Below are positions 1-14,923 of a DNA stretch of 64,000 nt, in pieces. Each line of letters begins with the position of its first letter. Positions within the stretch are counted from its first letter, which is position 1. Source of the DNA: Atractiella rhizophila (Eukaryota); contig MU271384.1 in the NCBI GenBank assembly GCA_021432655.1, positions 1 through 64,000 on the forward strand, read 5' to 3'. Position numbers and translations under genes: made by a program. The notes beneath the pieces are model-generated. The model searched no databases. It saw only the letters and a program-made list of their open reading frames with translations, and had not been told where the DNA came from.

Positions 1-16
1 GAGTGAATAAAGAATC

Positions 17-1998
17 ATGGTGAAATCCACCGCCCTCTACGACACGCTCTCCCTACAACCCTCCTGCAGCGCGAGCGACATTCGACGTTCCTACCTGAAG
101 CTCGCGCTCAAGTATCATCCCGACAAAGTCTCCCATTCCCACTCATCCGCGTCTCTGTCTCCGTCAAAGAAGCAAAAGGAGAAGGAGGAGGCGGAGGAAA
201 AGTTCAAGTCGATTTCGAGGGCTTATGAGGTCTTGAGTGACGAACAGACTCGGAAGGTTTATGATTCTACTGGAGTTGTGGGACGGGATGGGGAGTGGAC
301 GGCCGAGAAAGTGGGTGTAGAGGAGCTGGAGAGGTTTAGGAAGGAGTATGTCGGTACGTGGTCTTCCATTCTGAGATTGGTTCGGGCAGGGAGTTTTCTT
401 TACTTTATGAGGATGGAATGTGCATTTTGATAACAATGTGACGCGTCCTTTGTATTGTTGAGCAGATAGCAGCATCTGGAAGTATCCCGCTGGCTTGAGA
501 CGCGTCATTGCTCTTCCAGACGTGCTCAACAGGGTAGAACAAGATTTTGTGACATCGAAAGATGCGTTTGAATATTATGTTACTTATTTCGAGACGCGTC
601 TCTCCCTTTCCTAATAAAGGAGCCGACTGGGGTGCTTTGCTGTTGCGGAGGAGGAGGTGACGGGCGCCTTTGCAGATACTTGGAACTGAAATCAATACGA
701 ACAGTAAGCGTTATGAAAACTGCCAACGCTTTTATAACTGACGAAATATGTTGAAGTTGGTGCAACTAGCAGGGTGAATGCAGACGCTGTAAGGTCTAAG
801 ACAGGAGGTTCTGTGCTTTAGTTGGCCGTCATAGATGCAGATGTGAATATTTCGCTCGCAATCACTTCTAGCCATTCGTGATGGTCACAGTACAAAGTGA
901 AAGTTGATATTGCATGGGGCTTTGGACCTTGGCTACCGAGCTTATTGCGCAATTCGTACGAAGTAAGTGCTGACCGAGGTGGTTGGACACGTCGGGTCAG
1001 ACATTTCCCTCTGCTTTGGGAAACTCTGCGATTTCATCGTTTAGACACCCGAGGTGATCAATGTCGTACCCTTTCATGTTGTCCGTCCATCACCCATGGC
1101 TAAAACAAAGAGTTTGTTAGGAGAGATCCATCAATCCACTTTAACCTTTAGGCTGGCCAGCGCTCTACACTGTCCGCTGCTTCTCATCCGAAGACAATAT
1201 TCTTTTGCCTCTCCTTTCGTTTCTCACATCTAAAATAGCTGTTTATGACATATTGAACACATACATCAAGAGAAACAACAGACCTGATCCCTTCTTTCTT
1301 CAGGCTCGGAAGAAGAAAAGTCAGATCTCCTCACTATCTTTAATGACGTTTCCGGATCATTTCCCTCTATCCTCGAGCGTCACATCTCCTTCGGTGCTTC
1401 CGTTGAAGAAGAAGAACGACTCGTCTCCCTCATCCGCAAACTCATCTCATCCGGTGAAATTACGAATGGAGAAGCCATAGATAAATTCGAGAGCGACGCG
1501 AAAGATGAGAAGGCTCGGAAGCGCAGGTTGAAGAAGGCAGAGAAGGAGGCAAAGGAAGCGGAGGCAATGGCGAAGGAGATGGGGATTTATGATCAGCTCT
1601 ATGGAGTCGGAAGTACGAAGACGGCCACCACTACTGATGAGGTGAATGGGAAGGAGAAGAAGGCTAAGGGAAAGGGCAAAAAGAAAGCAGAAGACGATGA
1701 CGGTGATGTTGAAGGTCTTAAAGCATTGATTGCCGCTCGAGGGAAGGGGAGAATGGACAACCTCATCAGCTCCCTGGAAGAGAAGTACGTCAGAAAGGGT
1801 AGCGGTTCTGGATCTGGAGATAAGAAGGGGCGAGGAAAGAAGCGGAAGGCTGAGGAGGTGGAGGAAGAGGATGGGAAAGCTCATGAAGAATTGGATTTGG
1901 ACGAGGAAGCATTTCAGCGGATACAAGAGAAGTTTAAGACCAAGAAGGAGGATAAGGCTGAAGGTAGTAAGAAGGGTCGCAAGAAAGCAAAGAAGTGA
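17..1998 (+). CDS. DNAJC9: DNAJC9-like J-domain (Hsp40) histone co-chaperone; exons 17-353 and 1304-1998, 950-nt intron
   Basis: J domain with HPD motif (YLKLALKYHPDK...FKSISRAYEVLSD). Splicing GTACGT(354) to TTCAG(1303) joins EYV-G-SEEEKSDLL...RKRRLKKAEKEAKEAEAMAKEMG...LKALIAAR...MDNLISSLEEKY, matching the DNAJC9 family C-terminal pattern. Confidence 0.85.
440..600. promoter_or_regulatory. Cluster of three GACGCGTC (MCB-core) palindromes in DNAJC9 intron 1
   Basis: ACGCGT at 441-446, 500-505 and 594-599, each flanked by G and C. Confidence 0.45.
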
Positions 1999-2364
1999 TC
2001 ATTCAGATCATCTTGTCAATGTGGTTGTTCTCTTTCCTTCGTTCTTCGTTCTTCAGCCGTCCCCTGCTTTTCTTCCAGTTCTATACGAAGTCAATTTCAT
2101 GGCTGGCTTGCTAAAAGTTTCTTCACAAGGTATAAACCGCACGTGAAGCTGAGAACTCAGCGAGTAGCGATCAGCTCGCAGTCCAGCCAATGAAGCAGAA
2201 ATGAAGCAGCTCATCCGCAGGCGCAACCTTGCCACGTGTAACATAACACCGTGGAATATTCGGTACGGTACGGTGCTATGCCTAGAACTTCCGGCAGCCG
2301 TAGTGTAGCACCTCCTTCCAACCACCACCACCTCCATATTATTTTATATCCTACCTTCATAAAC

Positions 2365-4584
<2,220 letters not shown>

Positions 4585-4776
4585 GTTACAACGCAAAAGT
4601 AGTAATTGCCCGGTCACTGCTAATGGATGGTGTGGTGGAGGATGAGGTGCGGAGTAGAATACTTTGAAAACTTAAAATCGATTTCTTTTCTTTCGACCCT
4701 CAACCCGAGGCATTCGTGGTACCGTTCCTTTGATCCTGGAGTAAAATCTATGGTATTGCAAGATATTTGCCTGTTG

Positions 4777-7700
4777 TCAAAGCTTCGCTTCGAGCACTTC
4801 GAGGTGTTCCTTCAGCAGCGGTTCTGGAATAGGCCCTTTCTTCAACGTGCTCTGCCACTCCTTTATCTCGGCATCTCTGACTAACTTCACTCCTTCCAGA
4901 AGAGAAGGAGGCTCCTTCAATTTCTTCATCAGATTGGTGAATCCCTGTCTTCCTTCGACTGGAATGCCGTGCTCGTCGAACACCTGGATCACCTTTTCCT
5001 CCACCTTGATGATAGGTGGTCTCGTCTTCACAAATTTTTCAATCTCCTCCAATGCAGAGTGTGGTAGTTGGCTTTGCAAAGTCGACATTATAGGATCGTC
5101 ATCATGTACCGTTTGAGAGAGAATCTGGACAGAGAGCTTCCGTCGCGACGTTGAGGATCGGAGAAAATGCTTTTTGAAAAATGAAAGGATGTCGAATTTC
5201 GTCAGCTTCTTGATGAGCTTTGCGTCCCGCTCATATTTCTCGAAATCACAATAGCCTTCTGTTATGCGACGCCAGTGATTCGAAATCCTAACCGACGGCT
5301 CAGTATAAACTGTTGTAAGCTGTAACAAAGGCAACGAAGGGTGACGCACTCCTCATACATGTTCTTGTCCTTCTCAAGCAAATCTTCGATCAGACTTTGC
5401 TTATTTTTCTCCATCTCCTCTTCACTCATCTGCTCCAATCTTTCAACCATCATGTCGTAGAAAGCCTCAATCCGCTCTTCTAAATATCCAGCACTTTTTT
5501 CCGATTGAATTGTGATGCTGTAACCCATAACACCAACATGAAGATTCGTAGAACCGTGCACAATATATCCAAGCTGTTCCTTCGTTCGAAGTTGGTCGAA
5601 GACGGGCTCAGAGAGGATTTGACCGATGAGTTGCAGTTTGGCGCGCTCCAGGAAAGAGGTCGAGAGGCAGACTTGAACACGAAAGTCAATGGCAGAGTTC
5701 ACATTCGCAGCGTCAAGTCCAGGCAGTTGGTACACGAAATTACAACCTGCTTTCCCGCTCAGCTACTTCTGCACCGCTACAAAACGGATGGGCCGACCTT
5801 GTTCGGGTAGCAGGTAAGTTCTATGTGGATTCCGATTATCGCTGCCATCACCAGGAACTGCACCGATAAATTGCTCTGCAAGCAATTTGGCTTCCTACTC
5901 TAAGCGTCAACAGATTCATTGAAATAGAATGCCAAAATTCATACGTGGGTGCTAAAATTGCCATGAAGCATCATTTCCGTCCTCGATCCCTTTAATAATT
6001 CTGAGATGTGACTGTGTACTTCTTCAAGAGTGACATCTACCAGTTTAATGTGAGCTTTGATTGTTAGCTAGTTGTGAAGCTACTGACCCTGCAGTTGGTT
6101 AAGCGCCTCTGAAGGCAGCCAAGAAACTTCCGCGAGCAAATAGTTCTGCGTGAGCACGGAAATGAGACGAGCTTATCATTCCAGGCAGAGCGCACCATGA
6201 AAGTGCTGGCCAGTGTATCCGGGCGGCGAAGTGCAAAGTTCTTGTAGGACCTTTCATGCTACAAGATGCAGTCAAATGTTGTAGCATGCAACAAGAAGGG
6301 AAAACGAACCCAGTCCATCACGATTCCAAATCTCTCCGGCGTAGGTTGGAAAACCTTTATCTCTTCGACTAATTGCGTCAGCAAGGCTGCAAGTTTCTCG
6401 TTGTACCCTTTAACTTTGATATGAATATTGTCCTGGTCCGTTGACAGACTGTAGGAGTGACCCGCTGTGCAATTTGCGTCGTGAGCGCATGCCTACAGAG
6501 GAGGGAAACTGCTTGCCCAATATAGCATCATAAAATTTCCTCTGGACGTGGTCGCTGAAGAGGCTGAAGACCATCGAAGTCTTCACTGCTTCTTTAGGCG
6601 TACGATCTGTATTTGGACTGAAAGAGCGGCATCGGTTATTCTGCAAGTGTTTACGATGGAAACGTACTTTCTAATCCGCACATGAATAACACCTTTCGGA
6701 ACACCCCACTGGTCATCGAGTTTATGCCAGAGCTTAAGCGATTTGTTATCCATTACGACGGACGGTGGCTTGGGGCTCTGTAGGGCCAATCAAGTCAATC
6801 AGCTACGCGACAGGGACTGACAGAGGATGGCGCACAGGCGGGGTTGGGATGGGTCCCTTGATTTCGAAATCCTTTGGGATAAAGGGATTAGGAGGCAACA
6901 TCTCGAATGCATCACTGGGGACCGTTTCAGAAGCCTGGCCACAAATCTTCATCAGAACAAGTTTGTCAATCGATAGAAGGTGAATACCTTCGCCAGAACA
7001 TGGTCCATCTCCACTGTGGCATATTCAATTTGATATCTCTCCTCCATTCTATCATACTTAACCCCATCCGGTTCCTGCTTTGAACTAATAATAATCCGAC
7101 AGTTATCCCTCTTCAAGAAATCCGCAAGTTCAACAACCTGTTCAGGGAACCATTGTCCCAAACAAGTGCCATTCCGAATCACGGCCTCCTTCGGTCCGGC
7201 AGCCAGCATGCGAGAAACGAGGAACTGGACATAATTGTAAGGCTGACTCTTCTCCTTGAACCTAAATGTCGTATCAGCCATCTGTTTCAATTCGACAAAT
7301 GACGATTCCGAAGGAGGATGGGAGCGGAGGAAGTCGAGATAGCTGAAAATTGTCTGGATCACGTCAGCGTGCCTCCCTGTCCGCTCCACCAATCAGTGCC
7401 TTGCATCTGAGAAGGGGATGCTTAGGGATAGGGATGGAATGGAAATCGTACGAAGACCCTCAGCGGTAAGCGTCACGCCTATCGAAAAAAGGTCGAATCC
7501 ACGAGCGGACACGTTTCCTGTCTGTGCGTAAATGTAGTCGACCCATCCCTTCCTCTTCAGGAAGTCAAAAAGGGATCCAGGACCTTCATAGCCTATGAAA
7601 TGAGCAAGGTATACTCGAGGCTATCAATGCAATCTCTTCAGCTTATTCTTCCCTCGATTAGAGCAATTGACGCAAGCTTACATTAGTCTCGTAATTCTCG

Positions 7701-9064
7701 TATTGGTCTGGAATGGGGAATTGGAACGAGACCTGACGGATATCCTTTATGCTTCTATTGTATATGACCTTCTACTCAGCACAAAAGTGTCATCAGAACG
7801 GGCATCCAGGAGTGAAGTGGATAAAAACCTTGAGTTGTTCTTTCTCCAGAGCACTTCCTCCAAAAACGCTCCTCTCCAATCCTCGATTCTCCACATCTTT
7901 GAACTCTCTAACGACCAAGTTTGTGAGCTGGTCCAAACTCTGTGTGCTGACAATAGCAAGGCGCATGAGATTCGCGCTATAGTGTTTAGGGCTGATTCCG
8001 TGCCCTATGATCAGCGACTCACAAGTATGGATGAAAGGAAGGGGAAGGGGAGAGACGCACTACCATTCGAGCAACTTGGAGCGGATGTCGGGACGTTGAA
8101 GGGTTGAGAGGTTTCCGGTTGCGAATTTACGATACGGATGATTCGGGCTGGCGGTCGCTATCCATCACGTATCACAAACCTCCAAGAAGGAAGACAGGTT
8201 AACGCTCACATTTTCCCAACACGTAATTCCTCCTATCGTCCATCTGATACTTTGCCAAAAATTCAGAATGCACAGCTTTGACCTCTCTGTCCACACAGCT
8301 CTCATCGAAGAGTGGAGCGACGAAGAATTGTGAGAACCTCTCGATGGCTCCTTCCAGTGCTGAAGGCGAAACATCGAACTCGTAAGTCGTCTTTCCGAAA
8401 TCGGTGGATGCATTGGAGGATCCGGAGTGCTGTTTCAGGAATCGTTTGTATTCATTTTCTGATGGAAACCGCTTCGTGCCTATCGTTATCTTTAGGTTAG
8501 TGAGGCAGGACGGAAAGTGTGGAGACGGACCCATGAATAAAAGATGTTCACAGAAGTGCGCTAGTCCCGGAATCTGCCACATTCGCGTCAAAGCATTGTT
8601 AAATGGAACCGTTTATATGGAGAGTGTTGCGAATAATCGGATTTTTAAGAACTACATCTTGATGACTTTGATGGACGACGGACAGATGGCGAAGCTTAGA
8701 AGCTCAAATTAGCGTCAAAGTTGATTTGATCTTTCATGCTCTTCCATTGGACTCACATGGACGCAATGTTCTGAAAAGTGATGCAGATCAAAATTGTTGG
8801 AAGTATTAGATAAACACAACGCAGCCTTGCAAGAGGAGAAAGGCAGCCAAAGAAGTCTTTAAATCATATGGTACACACCTCATCCGGATCGTTCAAATGC
8901 CCGACAGCAACAGTGAGCGCAGCAGCAGCTTTATCCGTTTCTTTATCTTCACACAACAAAGCCTCAAGCCCATTATTGAGGGTTATGAGACGATACTTCC
9001 TCCCATCGTTCGGCGACTTCTTGATCTCGCATGGGAAAATGGTACATCCTTCGAATTGGGCCAT
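4777..9064 (-). CDS. STE23: Insulysin / Ste23-like M16A zinc metallopeptidase (multi-exon)
   Basis: KSPNDGRKYRLITLNNGL, inverted zinc motif GLAHFCEHLLFMG, FDQLRTKEQLGYIV, C-terminal EAKL. Confidence 0.93.
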
Positions 9065-9664
9065 GCTGCTCGCGTACCGGGGATGGTATGGGTGAGTGAG
9101 TAGGGAAGGGAGGGAACGGCGAGAGCGCAGAAGGAGGTTGGAGATGGAGGCCAGCTTTAAAGCCTTGATCTGGAACTGAGAGGGTGTTCGAACGGTGCGA
9201 ATTGGCCAGTCAGTACTGGTCCGTGTTTATCAGGCGGCATAACATACCTCAATCCTTGGAATGATGCCCCCAGCAGTGCTTACGCTGCTTGTATGGAGGG
9301 AGGTGGAAGGATTCGAACGCAAAAGTCACGTGTTACTTAATTCCCCGATCGTCATCATTGTTCGACCATCCAAGCGAAGTGCGAGAGCGAAGAGCGAAGA
9401 GAAAGGAAAGGAGAAGGAAAGAAAAGAAGGGAATAATTGCTACGGTGAGCGTGTCTCACGAGTCAAGCGCACTCTGCTGATTGTGTACCCCTTCTAAAGT
9501 TAACCGTTCAAGCATCCGAAGTTCAAGGCAAGTATTTACGACGTTTAGTTCCAACCTCAAAAGCAGCTTCTCTTGAAATTTACTGGTACTCAGGTGTGTA
9601 TCCTATCACATATTCTCTCATACTTTGACCCTCACAAACTTCAACTTGTCTCTAAATAGCAACA

Positions 9665-12600
9665 ATGTCGGATGCACCACCAGCCCTACCTCCGCGTCGT
9701 CCTCCCTCACCTTCTCCCGTTACTCCTACACCTCCCTCACTACATTCTCTCAACGCACCGCCTCCTCTGCCTCCACGTATTCGCCCAGCCTCTCGAGATC
9801 CTTCTCCCCAGCGTCCGATCCTCGGACAACTCATTCCTCCCAACCAAGACGAGGAGGCCAAGCGACTCTCTAGGCTGATCGATGACGGACCACCGTCTCC
9901 AGTCCCTTCAGAAGAAAAATCGAAGGATATCGAGCAAGGGAGCCCGAGGAAGATGTCGAATGTGGATTTACCTACTATCTCTACTGAGTCCAAGACTTCT
10001 CCTTCGACCGAAGAATTGATGCCTGCTGAGCAGGACCAGGAATTGCATGGACAAGAGGTGGATTCCGACTCTTCGGACGGAGAGGAGCATGAGATGGAGC
10101 ATCATGTCGGGATTGGAGAACTGGAGGAGCAGGAGGAAAGGGAAAGGGCAGAGAAGGCGATGGAGAAGTTGCAGGAGATTGAACTAAAGCAGTTCCTCTC
10201 ACGAGCATCTAAAGTTCGTCCCTCTCAATCCCATATACTTATCTCCTGGTGAGCAAACTAATTGGACATGTGGGTGGGAATAGCAATTGAAGGAGGTGAA
10301 AGCCTCACCAGCAGATCTACACGGTGCAGCTCGCCGACCTCTGCCCAAAGTCGACGACTATAAGAAGAAGGATGCGGCTACAGGGAAAGAAGTTGTGGAT
10401 TGGGTCTTATTTTTTCGCACGGTAAGCCATTCTTTCACACCGTCCCTTTCTGATTGGGAATCACAGTACACCCTGGCGGTGTTGGACGAGAACCTCCCCC
10501 CGCGCTTTTTGTTGCCTTCGGACCTCCCAACAGAGTTCAAGCTGTCGTTGTTGCACGAGGATGCGACTAGGATATACCTTTCGCTTCCAAAAAACTTTTG
10601 GGAAATCATACTCAGCGAACAGGTCCGGAAGGTGTGGAGATGGGAGGACCCTCGTCGGACGCTGAAATATCTCATTGTACATCTGCCGCTTCTATTTGTC
10701 AATGTGTGGGTGTAACGTTTAGGGAGAACAGGTTTACAGCGTATTGTGGTTCTACGACCTCATCCTGTTCTACCCCTTCGCCTACCTCCTCTACAACGTC
10801 CTCAAGCTCCGCCTCTCCCCTCCTTCGTCGAGCCTCATCATTGAAGAGACAAAGGATAGGCTGTTGAGGGAGAAGGAGGCCAAGAAGATAGAGAAGGAGA
10901 TGAGGGTTAGGGCTAAACTCGGATTGGGTTTGTTCGAGGGAGCAGCGACGATAGGGGAGGGCAAATTGGAGAAGTTACTCCACCTTCATCGTGCCAGGGG
11001 AAAGAGGAGCAAAGTTAGTCGTTCCTAGTTCCTCGATACCATGTCAGCCTGTCGGTCTGCCGCCGCATGCTTGCGAAATCTACTTGGGCGCTATTCTGAT
11101 GCTTGGATGTATGCGATAGGGTATAGCCGCCATGGTCGCCTCCTCCACGGCAGTCGTCGGCCCCGTCCCTCCTCGCTCATCCTCCCCGAAATCCCCCATC
11201 TCTTCCCCATCCCATTCTGACACCCCCTTATCCGGCCATCCCGAAGGTGAACCGAAAGGGCATAAACACAACGGAAAGACGTCCATTACATCCCTTTACC
11301 GCCTCTCGCAGGAATTAAAGAGAAAGTACGGACCCGGGGTAATGCTTAGCCTTGAAGGTATGTCACAGCTCAAACTCAAACGGACGGATTGTTTATTCAT
11401 CATTTTTGTTTCGGCTAGACTTGGCGGTGCTCAGTGAAAAGTCGAGGAATATGTATATGTGGAGAGACCCTAAAGGGACATGGATATCAGTTGCGACTCT
11501 ATCAGTATTCGCTGGTGCCATCCTCGTTCTTCCTGTTTGGTTGCTCATGAAGCTCTTCTGGTTCGTCCTCCTCCGCCGATTTCCACGCTCCATTTCTGAC
11601 GAGATTGGAAGGCTTTGGGTTGGCTTGGTCTTCTTTGCCGGCCTGTGGACCACAGAGAGGGAGTCTAGGTTCCGAGGACTATTTAATCCCCTTTGGTCGG
11701 TCTTCCCCGTCCATCATCCATTTTCGCTGGCTGTATGGCAATTAACAAACGCCTGCGTGTGCTTGATGGACAGGTGGATCTTTTGGGCTTGCCCTTCGGA
11801 TGCTGAACATGCAATGTTCCTGTTGAAGCAGCGCAAGATAAAAGAAGCATCGCTCCCAGAACCAGCGACGCCTTTAACAGCACGACCGTCTTTCGCTTCC
11901 GAACATCGCCCTTCAGAAGATACCCCACCATCAGCTCTTTCTCCTCCTCCTCCGAATTCGTCCCTCTTGCGCTCGCTCACGAATCTTTCCATTGGGTCTA
12001 CAACTTCATTTCAGAGCACTTCATCCATCACGAGGGTCGACTCGGTACTCCAGGAAGGAAAAGATTGTATTTTTTGTTCTCTCTTCTGATGGATAATGCG
12101 TGCTTAATAATACATTAATAGCCTTCCATTGTGTTTACTCATCCCTTCCCGGTCGCTTAACCATCACGCTCACCCATGCCTCCTTTACCTCTACCCGCGG
12201 CTTTCGTTCTACCTCTAACTTGTTGAAGGGTCTCAAAACGAAAAGTGAGCAGCACCTCCAACATCTTGAGGATTCCTTGAACAAGGAAGATGGCTCGAAA
12301 TCGCCACTGAAGAAGATGGGAAAGAGCCTGTTTCATCTAAAGAAGCACAAGAAAACCGATAGCTTAGAAGTGGATTCTCATCCAGAAAGCGACGGCAGAT
12401 CCAGTTTCGAGGAAGAAACCCAAAATCAACCTGATGTCGCAGAGGGGAGGAGGATGTTTGAGATTGAATTGGGGAACGTGTCAGGAGTCAAAAAGACTGA
12501 CGGGCTCATTGGCGACGGGTTCTCTATTCACACAAAAGATGGAAGGGTAAGTTCCGTCGTGTTTCTGGCAAATGCTGACAGATTTCGACCTAGGAATACA

Positions 12601-12686
12601 CCTTGGTTGGGATGACTGGCAAGAAGAGGGATCTCGCTTTCAATAGACTAATAACGCTCACACCGGCTTCTTGGTCACTGCGCTGA
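9665..12686 (+). CDS. Integral membrane protein, DUF3292/GRAM-like, with Pro-rich N-terminus and C-terminal PH/GRAM-like domain
   Basis: Two W-x-D-P-x-x-T motifs (WRWEDPRRT, WRDPKGT) each followed by hydrophobic segments. C-terminal AFHCVYSSLPGRLTIT...GVKK...RDLAFNRLI. The family call is from memory of these motifs. Confidence 0.6.
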
Positions 12687-13398
12687 CATTGTTGTCGACT
12701 GCATGTACAATTAGAGAGCCCCATTGTTGGAAAAGGACTATTTGTGATGTAGTACTGAGGAGAATAGCACACATTATGATAACGCTTCAGAATCTTACGC
12801 CTAGATTAATGAGTGTGTTGATTTCAAGCCTGAGAGAAAGCTGCTGTTTCTGGGCTTAGCAAGTAGTAAGGGTGAAGTTTGCAAGAGAAGAAAGAACGAG
12901 CGTGGGATATGTCAACTAGCTTGAACCCAAGTGATTTTCGAGCCGTATTGTGGAGGTACTACTAATATCCTTCAAGCTGTACATTTATGTGCTAATATTT
13001 ATTCTACTACAAATCGACTAGACAGCTTCAAATTTCGAAGCGTCTCTCACCTTGTCGCTCACACATCCACCCTCTTCTTACCGAATCTGGCGTAATTACC
13101 TTCCCTTCGACATCTGATATGTGATGAACCAGTTTCTGATGCTCCAACAGGATACGATAGTGAGTGTTTCTATCTTCCCCTTTTAGGCGGAAATCATTGA
13201 AAATCTTGGTTCTGTCAATATCACCAGTATTTGCTTCACTCAGCTGAAGCCACATTGCAACAGGACCCACACAGCACTGTGTGACTTGCCTCTCTGCTCC
13301 GATTGAAATATGTGACTTAGGCTGCTTTCACCATATAAAGAATGTTGGACATCACGTTGATGAAGGCGAGTGTGCATTAGGTCCACTGATACTTAAGC

Positions 13399-14573
13399 AT
13401 GAAAGTTACCGTCACCATTCTAGTGCGTTCTCTTGACATCCTTGTTCGACATCTGTGTATTGAGTCTTTTACAGCGCCATGGAGAGACCAACGAAAACAC
13501 TGTGGGTTCCGTCCAAATAGCGCACGAAATATAAGCGATGCTAATGGCTAATGTTCGCAGGCAGGGATCCTTCAAGGCCATGCAGACACAAACCTGAACG
13601 TAAATTCAACCAACTTTCTGCGTTCCGTTTAGGCTCATCGACTTATAGGAACTTGGACTACAGCAAGCGATCAGTGCTGGCAAACATTTCAGGCGCGTAG
13701 GACAAAAATTTGACTTTTGCTTCAGCAGCGACTTGGAGCGAGCAAGGAAGGTATGGTTTCAATCTCAGTGCCAGATATGCATGCTGACGGCTTATTTAGA
13801 CAGGAGAGCTCATAATGGAGCAACTCAGTCATCCGAAGCATGTTCAAACTGATCCGCGACTGCGCGGGAGGCATGTGCGTCCAGCACATTGTACATTCTA
13901 TTATCTCCCGAAAGATAACACCATTTTCTTCAGTTCCCAGGCTGTTTACCGGTGCGTTCGCAGCCTGTCATGTGTTTCTGATTAATCTGAATGTGTCTGG
14001 ATGCGCAACTACCACTCAGTTGTCGCTGTCAGACCCCAATGTTGGAATTGAAACTCTGGAGTCATTCAAAACACGACTGTGTGACTTTTGGGACTATGTC
14101 TTTCCGCCAACTTTTGTCTCCACAACACCTCTTGATTCTGCGCCGGATCTTGAAGATGTAAACGTTCTAATCATCACTCACACAGGTATGTTTATTTCAT
14201 TTTTCAGGATTAATACATAAGCGGCAACCTAAGATACTTATTATCCATATGCAGGGACTGTGAAGCGTCTCGTCATTTCGTCACTGGTAATCGATCGTGA
14301 ATACTCCGCTCCATTGCAACTTTCCCACGATTTGAAACGCAGTGTTCCCCAAGTCATGGATGGAAGAGTAGGGAATTGCTCCAAATCTGTGGTCCTCATG
14401 GAGAAGAGTGGGGACGGGAGCTGGTGCGGGAGCGTTTTAGGTCAGTCACATTTGAAACTTTGTCCGATGTTAACGTGTGACTCTGCCATTTGCTGGGAAT
14501 AGAATATGCAAATGAAGAACATTTAGAGCCCGAGTACATCGATTTGGCGAGTGTTGACAAGGGGTGCAACTGA
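13399..14573 (+). CDS. Histidine phosphatase superfamily (phosphoglycerate mutase/TIGAR-like), many small exons, N-terminal exons absent from the ORF track
   Basis: Assembled exons read MKVTVTIL|RHGETNENT|AGILQGHADTNLN|ELGLQQA...FSSDLERARK|T...DPRLRGRH, then VLIITHTG, GNCS and YANEEHL. Confidence 0.85.
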
Positions 14574-14923
14574 TAGTCTTTCTGATATCCTAAAAGATTT
14601 TCAGTAAGAACTCTTTGTGGTCACTGTTGTGGTTGGAAATTTTGGAAAGTGACTAATGAATCCCATGCAACTGAAGGCAAAGTTCAAACCTGCCATAAAT
14701 CTGACTTGTTGACTTCATCATACTGAATGATGAAAGATGTCGCTGCTTCCTGGCTGCTTGATATCGCGAGCCGACGGCGTAGGACAAGAACGTCTCGAGT
14801 GAACTTTCTGACGTTAATTCGACAAATGCGATATAAGCTGGGCAATGATCCCAAATCTGAAGTGTGGTGCATAAGAGGAGACATCACAATTGCGAGTGTA
14901 CAAGTAAATGGATGACTATTTAG

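Noticed and set aside
629..700. GGGGTGC resembling the start of a TPP riboswitch
   Set aside because: No following CTGAGA or GATxxGGxTAATxCC elements, and the host gene is unrelated to thiamine.
706..780. Hammerhead-like CTGACGA core with nearby stems in the DNAJC9 intron
   Set aside because: GAAG instead of GAAA, a 2-bp stem II, and no UH cleavage site correctly placed next to stem I.
8574..8878. Stwintron (nested intron splitting a donor) interpretation of the insulysin intron
   Set aside because: Removing the internal intron would recreate only a poor donor (GTAACA). The cassette micro-exon reading has better signals.
13028..13270. 80-aa - strand ORF in an intergenic gap
   Set aside because: Non-ATG start as called, no recognisable domain and no clear exon partners.
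14727..14811. Box C (ATGATGA) ... box D (CTGA) pair in intergenic DNA
   Set aside because: No terminal stem and no rRNA-complementary guide that I could recognise. It would need a snoscan hit.
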